NCBI GenBank assembly: GCA_965237955.1
Contig: OZ250169.1
Coordinates: forward strand, 3,360,001 to 3,424,000
Source: Candidatus Marinacidobacterales bacterium
Lineage (GTDB): Bacteria; Acidobacteriota; Vicinamibacteria; Marinacidobacterales; SMYC01
Length of the DNA stretch: 64,000 bases
Direction: 5' to 3'
Shown here: piece after piece, positions 19,900-29,089 of the stretch
Layout of the letters: every line of letters starts with the position of its first letter
Position numbering within the stretch: position 1 is the first letter of the stretch
Notes under the pieces: model-generated
What the model saw: the letters and a program-made list of their open reading frames with translations, nothing else
The model's database searches: none
Told to the model about the DNA's origin: nothing
Translations under genes and position numbers: made by a program

Positions 19900-20423
19900 A
19901 GTATCGCTACCTCGACAGCCCGTTCGGCCGGGTGTTGGTCGCGGGCGACGGAGACAGCCTTCAATGGCTTTCGTTCACACGAGGTCGGCAGAAGGCGACG
20001 TTGTTGTCCGAATGGACCGAGGACAATCGCAACACCCTGTTGCGAGAAGCGGGCCGGGAGCTCTATGCCTATTTCGCCGGGAAGAGGGAACGCTTCGCAC
20101 TGCCACTGGAGCCCCAGGGCACGGCGTTTCAAAAGCGCGTGTGGAAAAAGTTGGTCTCGATTCCTTACGGCAAGACCGTCAGTTACAGCGACCTCGCGCG
20201 CCGTATCGGACGCCCGCGTGCGTATCGCGCCGTGGGCGCCGCGAACGGGCAAAATCCCATCTCCGTCATCATTCCCTGTCACCGGGTGCTCGGCAAAAAC
20301 GGTGACTTGACGGGCTACGGCGGGGGCCTCGATATGAAGCGGAGACTTCTGGAGCTCGAGCGATGTACGAAGGAAAAACGTTCCGAACGTCGCTCAGTGA
20401 TCGAGGAGGTTTGTTCAGCGTGA
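19896..20423 (+). CDS. ogt: Methylated-DNA--protein-cysteine methyltransferase
   Basis: GTAFQKRVW..IPYG.T.SY..RAVGAANGQNP..IIPCHRV. Confidence 0.93.
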   Translation: MKYRYLDSPFGRVLVAGDGDSLQWLSFTRGRQKATLLSEWTEDNRNTLLREAGRELYAYFAGKRERFALPLEPQGTAFQKRVWKKLVSIPYGKTVSYSDLARRIGRPRAYRAVGAANGQNPISVIIPCHRVLGKNGDLTGYGGGLDMKRRLLELERCTKEKRSERRSVIEEVCSA

Positions 20424-20908
20424 GAGGCCGGTGGCTCATCGTGGTGGCGCTGCTCCTTCTGACTCTCGCGTGCGATCAGACGTCGAAGCGTCTCGCGGCC
20501 GAGCTCCTCAAGGGCTTGGGTCCACACCCTTACATGGGTGGCTCGGTAGTGTTCCTGTACGCGGAGAACTCGGGCGCTTTCCTTGGTCTCGGAGCTCGAC
20601 TGAGCGAGGCAACGCGATTTTGGTTGTTTACCGTCGGTGTTTCCGGGCTGCTCGTTCTCTTTCTTTTCAAACTCCACCACGCGGGGAGCAAGACCGAGCT
20701 CATCGGGTGGTCGCTCATCGTTGGCGGCGGTCTCGGAAATCTCATGGACCGGCTGCTCCATGACGGAAGAGTGATTGACTTCCTTCGCGTCGGTGTCGGT
20801 GACGTCCGCACTGGAGTTTTCAACCTGGCCGATGCCGCCATTGTGGTCGGTCTGGCAGCCCTCGTCGTGACCGCGCTCATGCCGCGACCATCGAGCGAGG
20901 CGCGCTAG
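20420..20908 (+). CDS. lspA: Lipoprotein signal peptidase II
   Basis: DQTSK, ENSGAFL, GGGLGNLMDR, VIDF, FNLAD. Confidence 0.9.
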   Translation: MRGRWLIVVALLLLTLACDQTSKRLAAELLKGLGPHPYMGGSVVFLYAENSGAFLGLGARLSEATRFWLFTVGVSGLLVLFLFKLHHAGSKTELIGWSLIVGGGLGNLMDRLLHDGRVIDFLRVGVGDVRTGVFNLADAAIVVGLAALVVTALMPRPSSEAR

Positions 20909-20986
20909 GCCGTTCACACGGGCGGTGGTTGTTTTCGACTCCGAGGTCAGATCGCGTAGAATGCGGGCGTTCCTGCCGGAGACGAC

Positions 20987-21394
20987 GTGACGATGAAGCG
21001 GAAGTGGATCCTGGGGCTGTTGCTGGCCAGCCTTCCGTTCAGCGTCAGCATCGACAACCTCAGGGACGCTCCCTACGTGTTCTTGACCGTGTTTTCCGAA
21101 CATCAGCTCGTCGAGATGGCCTACCTACCGGAACACGAGCTCGAGGAGCGCATCGGTTTCAGCGGACTTCCGACGGGGTTCACCCAGAATCGGACACAGA
21201 AGGATCGCGCGGCGCACGCTATCGCGAGCTATCTGGGCACGCTCCGGTGGGGTCCGGATGTGACGCTAGCGTTCGGCTACATGCGGGAGTACGTGCCGTG
21301 GTTGCTGCGCGGCAAAGAAGCCGACCCCGTGGACATCGCGGCGAACTACGCCGGCGTCGCCGATGCGCTCCGCGAAGCCGCGAGCCGGCACTAA
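20987..21394 (+). CDS. Hypothetical exported protein
   Basis: Signal-like MKRKWILGLLLASLPFS and high-GC codon style. Confidence 0.65.
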   Translation: MTMKRKWILGLLLASLPFSVSIDNLRDAPYVFLTVFSEHQLVEMAYLPEHELEERIGFSGLPTGFTQNRTQKDRAAHAIASYLGTLRWGPDVTLAFGYMREYVPWLLRGKEADPVDIAANYAGVADALREAASRH

Positions 21395-21503
21395 CGCCTA
21401 CCGTGGCTCGCACCGCGACCATCGCCACCTCCTGTGTCCTCGATTGCCCGGAATCCATGGTTCCCAAGAAGCTATTGTCGACCGGGAAGCGCCCGAGCGC
21501 CAA

Positions 21504-21724
21504 CTATTCGGGCGCTTGGGTGATGAGCCGCGCGCGGCGGTTCCGGGTGAAGTAGCTCCACGTCCATTGGATGAAAACGATGACCCGGTTGTAGAGAAGC
21601 GGCTGGAACAGATGGAAGTTGCGGCGATCGATGAGGGTGATGCGAACCGCGGTTCCTCGGAGCGACTTCGCGGCATAGAGGCCGCCAAAACCGCCGCCGC
21701 CGATGACGACGTGTGGCAGCAGCG
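21504..21724 (-). pseudogene. ndh: Type II NADH dehydrogenase remnant: N- and C-termini fused by internal deletion
   Basis: PHVVIGGGGFGGLYAAKSL..ITLIDRRNFHLFQPLLY joined in frame to NRVIVFIQWTWSYFTRNRRARLI. Not in the ORF track. Confidence 0.85.
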
Positions 21725-21979
21725 TCAGCTCTCGTCGAAGGGGATCGCCTCGTCCTCGAGCATGATGGGGATGTCGTCTCGAATCGGGTAGAGGTATTTT
21801 TTGTCTTCCCTGAGAAGTCCGGCGTCGATCTTCTCCTCGACGGCCTCCCCCCCGCGATTCTTGACGCTACCCGCGGCGATCTTCTCGTTGATGCGCTCGA
21901 TCGCCTTGCCTTCGACGAGCGTGACCGGCTGCTTCGTCTCGGGGCAGCAGAGGATTTCGAGAAGCTCAGAATCAATCAT
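21725..21979 (-). CDS. Trm112 family protein
   Basis: LLEILCCPETKQP..YPIRDDIPIMLEDEA. Confidence 0.88.
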   Translation of the reverse strand: MIDSELLEILCCPETKQPVTLVEGKAIERINEKIAAGSVKNRGGEAVEEKIDAGLLREDKKYLYPIRDDIPIMLEDEAIPFDES

Positions 21980-22025
21980 GGCAATCAGTACGCTAGCACA
22001 AAAGAGAATGCGATACATTGGCGCC

Positions 22026-22998
22026 GTGGCCGGAAGGAGAACCCTCGAGGACAAGCTCTCCCGCCTGTCCGAGCTCCGCGACGGCCAGGACTCGGAGGGG
22101 GCGCGCCGGGAGCTCAAAAGAAGCCTCGCGGACAAGAGCGCCCACGTCGTGGCCCGCGCTGCTGCGGTGGTCGGTGAGCTCGGCATCACCGAGCTCGCTC
22201 CCGATCTAGAGACGAGCATCGAGCCGTTTTTCACCGAGCCCGAGAAAACCGACAAAGGCAGCATCGCCGAAACCGCGCTCATCAAGTGTCTCGCCAAGCT
22301 AGAAGAGGGGAGCCCAGACGTCTTTCTGCGCGGGCGGCATTACGTTTAGTTGGAGCCCGCCTACGGCGGAGCTTTCGACACTGCCGTCGAGCTCCGATGC
22401 GAAGGCGCCCTTGGTCTCGTTGCAACTGGATATCTCGACGCCGTCAACGAGACTCGTGACGGCGCTGACCGACAAAGAGGCGCCGGTCCGACTCGCCGCG
22501 GTCCGAGCACTAGCGGCGACCAGACGTTCCGAAGTCGAAGCGCTACTGCGCTACAAAACGCTTCTCGGCGACGAAGACCTTCAGGTCGTCTCCGATGCCC
22601 TCGAGTCGCTGCTCGTCATCGCTCCAGACCGCTCGCTTCCTTTGGCGAAGCGTCTTCTCGATTCGAGCGATGAAGCTGTTGCCGAGGCAGCGGCCCTCGC
22701 CCTCGGAGGCTCGCGATGCGAAGAGGCCTTCGAGCTTTTGACCTCACGCCTCGGCGATTTCGATTTCCATTTGCCTTTGACGCAAACCATGTTGCTGGCG
22801 CTCTCGATGCTGCGACGGGAGGAGCCGATGGCGTTTCTCATCGATTTGGCGGAAAGAGCACCGCCCCGTCGCGCCGAAAATGTCATCAAAGCCTTCGCGA
22901 TCCATCGCTACGATCCCAAAATTCGAGAACGTCTGGAGAAAGCGTTGAGCAAGCGCAAGGACAAGAAGTTGTTGCTGGCCCTATGCGCGAGCGAGTGA
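22026..22998 (+). pseudogene. HEAT repeat protein; in-frame TAG at 22347 and frameshift near 22452
   Basis: Three consecutive segments with HEAT-like repeats (LTDKEAPVRLAAVRAL, VAEAAALALG). Confidence 0.75.
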
Positions 22999-23238
22999 TG
23001 AGCTGGGAGAGAGAGACGTCTTCAGCGACAGCTTCACTCTTCAAGGCGGCATGAAGGGACAACCCCCCCTGTGGAGCGGCGACGGTCAGGTGGGGCGGCT
23101 CGAGGCGGTTTTGATGTCCTGCTCGAACTGGGACGCATCTCTGATCTTGTGTTCACAGCAATCGCGGTTCGATGTCGTGCTCGACCTCGAGAAAAATCAT
23201 AGGCAGGGAGACGCGCTCATTCGGTTTGGTGAATCGCG

Positions 23239-23848
23239 CTAGAAGATCTCGTGGAGGTAGAGGACGAGCCCCTCGACGACATCCTCCCCGTTGAGACTTT
23301 GCGGATCCTCGATGCACTCGACGTCCCGTCCTGGCCGGTAGATATAGACGCACTTTTCGAGAGGGTTGAGCAGCCACCCCAGCTTTGAGCCGTTGTCAAT
23401 GTACTCGTTCATCTTCGTCTTGAGCGCATCGAGACGGTCGCTGGACGAGCGGAGCTCGGCGACGAAATCCGGGCAGAGGGGAGCGAATTTCTCCTGCTCT
23501 TCGTCGCTGAGCGCGTTCCATCGCTCCTTCAGAATCCAGGACGCGTCTGGAGATCGCTTCGCGCCGTTTGGCAGAGAGAAGATCGTGGACGAATCGAACA
23601 TCAGTCCGTTGCCGTCGACTTTAGCCCAACCAACCAGCTGATATGTCAGCTGCGCGTTTCGATGGCCGGTCCTAGCGCCCGTATGAGACATGAGGATTAG
23701 CTCCCCATGCGCTGTGAGCTCCATGCGAAGCTCGGGGTTATCCATGCACAAGCGATAAAAACTGCTCGCTGGTCAAGGGCACCGTCCGGAAATCGACGTG
23801 GAGCGACCACTCGTTGTCTTGCTGTACGACAGGGTATGTGGCCGCCAT
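23239..23848 (-). CDS. Uma2 family endonuclease (apparent frameshift in homopolymer near 23760)
   Basis: ELTAHGELILM..RSPDASW..CPDFVAELRS..GSKLGWLLNP. Confidence 0.88.
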
Positions 23849-23914
23849 TCGAAGACCCCCGTCTATTCTAATCGTGGAGCGCTTCGATCCACCAATGCCC
23901 GCAACATTCGAGCG

Positions 23915-25090
23915 TCAGTGAAAGAGTATGCCCTCGGTTCGGTAGCGGCGGGTGACGAGGACGAGGAGCGCGATGCCGGCGGCGAGGGTGACGGCGGAGC
24001 CGAGTGCGGCGGAGGCGAGGGAAACGGGCTCGCCTCTCAGGATCTGGTTGATGAAGAGCTGCTGGCCCACCGTGGGGAGCAGCACGAGCCAGAGTGATTC
24101 TTTGACCGGCAGCACGGCCATGATGAGCGCCGGGACGGCTGGCACGAGCAGCATGAACGAAATATAGTTCTGCGCTTCTTTGAAGCTCTTGGTGTAGCTC
24201 GCAATGATCATCTGGAGCGCGACGACGAAGACCATGAGGGGCAGGCAGATCAGAAGGATGGTTCCGAGGGACGCTGGCGGAAGGCTCATGCGTACGCCGA
24301 TGTAACGCTCGAGGGGAAAGAAGTTGAGAACGATCGCGAAACCTACCAGGGTCTCGATGAGCGCCACCGTCGTGAACACGAGCACCGCGGCGGCCTTGCC
24401 GTTCACGAGCTCGGAGCGCTCGACCGGATTGATCAGAAGCGGCTCGAGCGAGCCCCGCTCCCTCTCGCCCGCAGTCGAATCGATGGCGAGATACATCCCG
24501 CCGACGAATAGCGAGACGAGAATCAGGTAGGGCGCCATCGAGAGGATGCGACCCGCTTGGCTTTGGGGCGTCGAGACGTCGACGGCCTCGATGGCGATCG
24601 CGTCGGCGACGCGCGGGTCCACGCCTCGCACTTGAAGCCGCAGTCTCCCGATCTGGCGGCTGTAAGCTTGCAGCAGTAGTTGCGCTCTTTGGATCGAGCG
24701 CATCGCTTCGTTCCGCGACTGGTCCATCACCAGTCGGACCGTCGCGGGCCGCCCGTCGGTGAACGCTTCTCCGAAGTCTTCGGGAATGATGAGCACGACC
24801 TCTTCGCTGCCTTGGCGAACGGCTTCTTCGGGCTCGTCGGGTGCTGCTTGGATGGCGACGTGGTTTTGTTCGAGGAACGCGATGAGGTTCGGAGCGTTGT
24901 CCGCGCCTTGAACGGGCAGCATCAAGGCTTGCTCCGACTCTCCCCTGAGCTGTCCGATGGCGAAGATCATGAACAGGATCATCGCGGGGCCGAGAACGGG
25001 GTAGAAGAGCGCGGCGGCCAGAGTGCGACGGTCGCGCACGTTGTCGACGACTTCTTTCTTGAAGACGGTGCGCGTGCGTGCCGAGATCAC
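23915..25090 (-). CDS. ABC-2 exporter permease (NatB-like)
   Basis: VFKKE..RDRRTL, AIDSTAGERERGSLEPLL, multiple TM segments. Confidence 0.9.
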   Translation of the reverse strand: MISARTRTVFKKEVVDNVRDRRTLAAALFYPVLGPAMILFMIFAIGQLRGESEQALMLPVQGADNAPNLIAFLEQNHVAIQAAPDEPEEAVRQGSEEVVLIIPEDFGEAFTDGRPATVRLVMDQSRNEAMRSIQRAQLLLQAYSRQIGRLRLQVRGVDPRVADAIAIEAVDVSTPQSQAGRILSMAPYLILVSLFVGGMYLAIDSTAGERERGSLEPLLINPVERSELVNGKAAAVLVFTTVALIETLVGFAIVLNFFPLERYIGVRMSLPPASLGTILLICLPLMVFVVALQMIIASYTKSFKEAQNYISFMLLVPAVPALIMAVLPVKESLWLVLLPTVGQQLFINQILRGEPVSLASAALGSAVTLAAGIALLVLVTRRYRTEGILFH

Positions 25091-25818
25091 GAGAGCCCTT
25101 CTTCAGAACCGACGAGCGCGACGAACGCGTCTTCGAGATTGGTTTGACCCGTCGATTCGCGAATCTCGTCGGGACTGCCGCTGGCGACGACTTGGCCTTT
25201 GGCGATGACGACGATGCTGTCGCAGAGCGCAGCCACCTCTTGCATGATGTGACTCGAGAACATGACGCACGCGCCGTCGTCTCGAAGCCGGCGGATAAAC
25301 TCGCGCATGGCCCTGGTCGACGGCACGTCGAGGCCGCTCGTCGGCTCGTCGAGAAGAACGTTTCTCGGCTGCTGCACCAGCGCACGTGCAATCGCGACTT
25401 TGACCCGCTGGCCTGTGGAGAACCCTTCGGTACGACGGTCGGCGATGTCCTCCATGTCGAGGAGACGAATCAGCTCGTCGATGTGCGCTTCGAGCTCAGA
25501 GGCCTCGAGCCCATGGAGCTCTCCGAAGTAACGAATGTTCTCGCGCGAGGTGAGTCTCGGATAGAGCCCGTGTGAGTCCGGCAAAACACCAATGCGTTTT
25601 TGCACTTCGTGACGATCTTTGACCGTGTCGAAATCGACGATGCGGGCGCTCCCGCTGTCTTGGCGCAGCACCGTGTAAAGAATGCGAAGCGCCGTCGTTT
25701 TGCCCGCGCCGTTCGGTCCGAGGATGCCGGTGATCTTTCCATCGTCCGCACGGAAGCTCACGCCACGCAATGCGCGCACCTCACCAAAGGATTTGTGAAC
25801 GTCGTCGAGAACGATCAC
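25087..25818 (-). CDS. ABC transporter ATP-binding protein (NatA-like)
   Basis: GPNGAGKTT, FSTGQ, LLDEPTSGLD, FSSH. Confidence 0.92.
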   Translation of the reverse strand: MIVLDDVHKSFGEVRALRGVSFRADDGKITGILGPNGAGKTTALRILYTVLRQDSGSARIVDFDTVKDRHEVQKRIGVLPDSHGLYPRLTSRENIRYFGELHGLEASELEAHIDELIRLLDMEDIADRRTEGFSTGQRVKVAIARALVQQPRNVLLDEPTSGLDVPSTRAMREFIRRLRDDGACVMFSSHIMQEVAALCDSIVVIAKGQVVASGSPDEIRESTGQTNLEDAFVALVGSEEGLS

Positions 25819-27281
25819 GGCGGCGGCCCCGCGAAGCTCGTAAAAAACGCTTGCGGCTCGATGTCGTCGACACACGAGCCGTCGAGCTCGTCGAGCGAGC
25901 CGGCGTCGATGAACTCGGCAGCGAGACGAGAAATGCAGCCGCGGTGGATCACCATGTGACCTTGCCCGGGTGCGATGAGGTGCAAGCTCGTGGGAAGGGA
26001 CGCCGCGACGAGCTCGCCGTTCGACGGTGGCGTCACCGGATCGGCCTCGCCCGACAATAAAAGCACGGGGACATCGACCGCGACGGGCTCCTTGAAATCG
26101 GCCGGAATGCTTGCGGTCGGACAGAGCGGACAGAGCACGCTTATGCTGTCAGTCTGCACCGTGCCGAGGTACGTACCTTCGTTGAGCGCGACCGCCGCGG
26201 ACGCGTCGAAGAACGGGAAGTCTTCGCTGCAGATCACGGAATAGCCCATGGCATCGGCCATGATGTCGTCGAGGTTGCTCGTCGTCATGAGGAACTGGGC
26301 GGCAAGCGGTCTCAAATCGCCGTTCGCGGCGGAGCGAAGCAAAAGGGGAACGATCGACGCGGTCTCCTGGCTGTAGGTCGCGCGACGGATCGCGAGCGCC
26401 GCCATCGATCGCTGGAGATCGATGATCTCTTCGTCTCCCGTTCGTGGATGGCGTAGCGTCACCGGCACCGGCGTCACGAGCTCGGCCATGAGGCTGTCGA
26501 GGTCTCGAGCCAATTCGGGGAACTCTTCCTGGCACGCGGCGTCTTCGGTGCAACGGTCCATCAGCAGGTCGAGAGCGCGCTGCGCATCCCGTGCGACGTC
26601 CATCCCCAGGTTCTCGGTCGGCGGGGCCACGCCGTCGAGGATTACGCTCCGCACACGGTCGGGGAACTGGCGCAGGTACGACAGCGCCGCGCGGGTGCCG
26701 TACGAGACACCATACAGGTTGACGCGCTCGTAGCCGAGCGCCTCGCGCACCGCGTCCAGATCTTCCATCGCGATCGCCGTCGTGTAGAGCTCCGGGCTCG
26801 CATCGAGTGTTTCGAGACACTTCGCAACCCACGGCTCGATCACCTCGTCCTCGAGAAGCCAAAACCCGGCGACGTCCTCAGGTTTTGGGCAACGAAGAGG
26901 GTTCGAGCTTCCCGTGCCTCTTTGATCGACGAGCACGATGTCGCGCTCACGCTCGACGCGACGGAACGCACCCCGAACTTGAACAAAGCTCTCGGTTGCC
27001 GCCTGACCGGGCCCGCCCGTCAAGAACACGAGCGGATCGGGTTGCGGCGTCCGGCTTACCGCGGGAACGACGGCGACACGGAGGTCTATCGAGCGACCAT
27101 CGGGGTTCGCTCGATCTTCAGGAACGCGGAGCGTGCCGCACTGCGCGGGAACTCGCGCCGGGAGACCCGGTGCTTTCAGTTGGCATGGGGATAGATCGAT
27201 CTGTCGCTCTGCCCCCTGTGAATGCTGTGAACGTGGATCCGCGCAACCGGCAAGGAAAACGAGCAGCCAGACGCTACGCAT
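25815..27281 (-). CDS. Lipoprotein alpha/beta hydrolase (TAP-like peptidase)
   Basis: Lipobox LAGC after MRSVWLLVF. GGPG, DQRGTG, GVSYG nucleophile, DPVTP, GH. Confidence 0.88.
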   Translation of the reverse strand: MRSVWLLVFLAGCADPRSQHSQGAERQIDLSPCQLKAPGLPARVPAQCGTLRVPEDRANPDGRSIDLRVAVVPAVSRTPQPDPLVFLTGGPGQAATESFVQVRGAFRRVERERDIVLVDQRGTGSSNPLRCPKPEDVAGFWLLEDEVIEPWVAKCLETLDASPELYTTAIAMEDLDAVREALGYERVNLYGVSYGTRAALSYLRQFPDRVRSVILDGVAPPTENLGMDVARDAQRALDLLMDRCTEDAACQEEFPELARDLDSLMAELVTPVPVTLRHPRTGDEEIIDLQRSMAALAIRRATYSQETASIVPLLLRSAANGDLRPLAAQFLMTTSNLDDIMADAMGYSVICSEDFPFFDASAAVALNEGTYLGTVQTDSISVLCPLCPTASIPADFKEPVAVDVPVLLLSGEADPVTPPSNGELVAASLPTSLHLIAPGQGHMVIHRGCISRLAAEFIDAGSLDELDGSCVDDIEPQAFFTSFAGPPP

Positions 27282-27518
27282 CCAGCTTCGTGGCGATGAG
27301 AAGTGTGAACACTTCCACTGTGTGCGCAAGCGCGACATCTTCGGATCCATATGAAACAGCAGACATCTTTCCACACTGGGCCACACTGGGCCGCACCGGG
27401 TGAGGAGCCTCAGATCGCTCCCGTAGGAAACTCCGCGGGTTTTCGGTTGACGACCGAGTGTCCCATGATCGCACGTCTCGAGCTCTTTGAGAATCGGCGC
27501 TTTCGAACCACTCTACCG
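27265..27518 (-). pseudogene. Decayed duplicate of the 3' end of the argE/dapE-like gene
   Basis: Block similarity to 29081-29385 (cagatcgctcccgtag, ttcgaaccactc). Encodes VEVFTLLIATKLDA versus AEVFTHLIATKLDT. Confidence 0.8.
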
Positions 27519-27570
27519 AGCGTGGCAGGATCGGAAACCCGATGTTACGCTGGGTTCAGAGGCATACGAG

Positions 27571-28275
27571 ATGAGCTCTGGTGTCCGCTGCCCGCACTGC
27601 AACCTAGTGCAATCTCTTCGCTCGGACGGGCTCTGCCCCCGGTGCCGACGGGACGTTACCGCGATATCGGTTTCGATGGCGCCATCGGATGCGCCGCCCG
27701 AGCCGCGGTCTCGCGGCATCATCTACCTCCTGGTAGCGGTCGCGCTCGTCGCCGCGATCGGATTCGGATATCACTACTATCGCTACCGGGCGGCCGTCGA
27801 TTATTCGACGCGGGCGGGGCTCCTCGATCCTGTGCGCGCCGGTGACTGGGTCGAGAGCGTCGATGCCAGTGCCCGGGTGCAAATCGCGACCGAGGGCTGG
27901 TTCCGACACACGAATCGTGAGACCGATCGTATCCTTTTGAGCTGTCCCGAATTTGACACCCACGTGGTCCTGCTCGTGGAGACGACCGGGCGCGGGCGAC
28001 GCACGCCGGCGGCTGCAGAAATCGCGAGGCGCGCCGTCGCCCAGCTGGAGCAGAAAGTAGAAGCGCTCGAGATCTCGATGAACGAGAAGATACCGACGGA
28101 GGAAGGCAACGCGCATCGAGTTGACGTCGACGTTCTGCTCGAGCGAACGCGTCTTGCCTATCGCTATCGGCTCGCTTCCAAGCCTGGTCATGTCGCCACG
28201 CTGGTCTGTTTAGGCCCCCCCGACACCATCGGTCATTGCCCCATGGTGCTGGAATCGTTTGCGTGGAGCTCGTGA
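27571..28275 (+). CDS. Hypothetical membrane-anchored protein with N-terminal zinc ribbon
   Basis: CPHC..CPRC followed by a single TM helix. Confidence 0.7.
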   Translation: MSSGVRCPHCNLVQSLRSDGLCPRCRRDVTAISVSMAPSDAPPEPRSRGIIYLLVAVALVAAIGFGYHYYRYRAAVDYSTRAGLLDPVRAGDWVESVDASARVQIATEGWFRHTNRETDRILLSCPEFDTHVVLLVETTGRGRRTPAAAEIARRAVAQLEQKVEALEISMNEKIPTEEGNAHRVDVDVLLERTRLAYRYRLASKPGHVATLVCLGPPDTIGHCPMVLESFAWSS

Positions 28276-28305
28276 TGGGCAGGCCGTCGCTCGTACGTTT
28301 TCGGG

Positions 28306-29043
28306 ATGACGCTTCTGGCAAGCCTTGCCGCGTGCCGGCCCTATGAGAGCAAAACCGTGGAACTGGGTGAGCGCGGTATCCAGCCGGTGCTGACGCAAGC
28401 CGAGCTGAGCGACGCGAAGAATCCGAGTACCACGCCCACGCACCGGGCGCGGCGAGTATTCCAAGAGGAAAGGACCGCAAGGCTGTTGCGCGCGCAGGAG
28501 GAGTATCGACGGCAAGGTCTTATCGTGCCGCTGAGGGACATAGAGTTGCGCCAGGCCGCCGAAAGGGAAGCCAAAATAGAGGAAGAGTTCGAGCGCCGCC
28601 GCGAGCTGAAAGAGCAAGAAATCGAGCGCCGCGGGCTGGAGATCAGGCCGTTGGGAGCGCCCCCGGTCAACCGCGAGCGCCGCGACGAGCGCCGCGCGCC
28701 CGTCCGCTCCAAAGAGCTCGACGCTTGCATCGCGCGCTACCGGAGGCACAAAGCGCGTGTCGACGAATTCGGGAAGAAGGCGCCCGCTTTCGTCATGATC
28801 CGCCTGACCGTCGGCAGGCCGCCCGAGCGAGTCAGCTGTTCCAGGGTCAAGTCCTACTCACGGATGGGCGGCGATAAAGCGCAGGTGTACCGGAGGTACC
28901 TGAGCGAGTGCGCGCCCCTGCGCGCGTCGGGACCGGTGTACGAATCGGCGAAAGCCCAGGTCGAAGAGACGAAGTCCGAATGCCTGTCGCTCGCTCGCGA
29001 GGCCGGGGTCTCGCCCGGCGACGTGCGCTCCCGCCTCCGCTGA
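28306..29043 (+). CDS. Hypothetical (lipo)protein, coiled-coil with Cys-containing C-terminus
   Basis: LAAC lipobox-like motif, E/R-rich helix. Start uncertain. Confidence 0.6.
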   Translation: MTLLASLAACRPYESKTVELGERGIQPVLTQAELSDAKNPSTTPTHRARRVFQEERTARLLRAQEEYRRQGLIVPLRDIELRQAAEREAKIEEEFERRRELKEQEIERRGLEIRPLGAPPVNRERRDERRAPVRSKELDACIARYRRHKARVDEFGKKAPAFVMIRLTVGRPPERVSCSRVKSYSRMGGDKAQVYRRYLSECAPLRASGPVYESAKAQVEETKSECLSLAREAGVSPGDVRSRLR

Positions 29044-29089
29044 CGAAGCTGAGAGCTGAAAGCCGCGTGAAAGCAACCGAAGCCAGACG

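Noticed and set aside
22347-22349. Programmed TAG readthrough (pyrrolysine) in the HEAT gene
   Set aside because: The same gene has a frameshift about 100 bp later. A CAG-to-TAG mutation is simpler.
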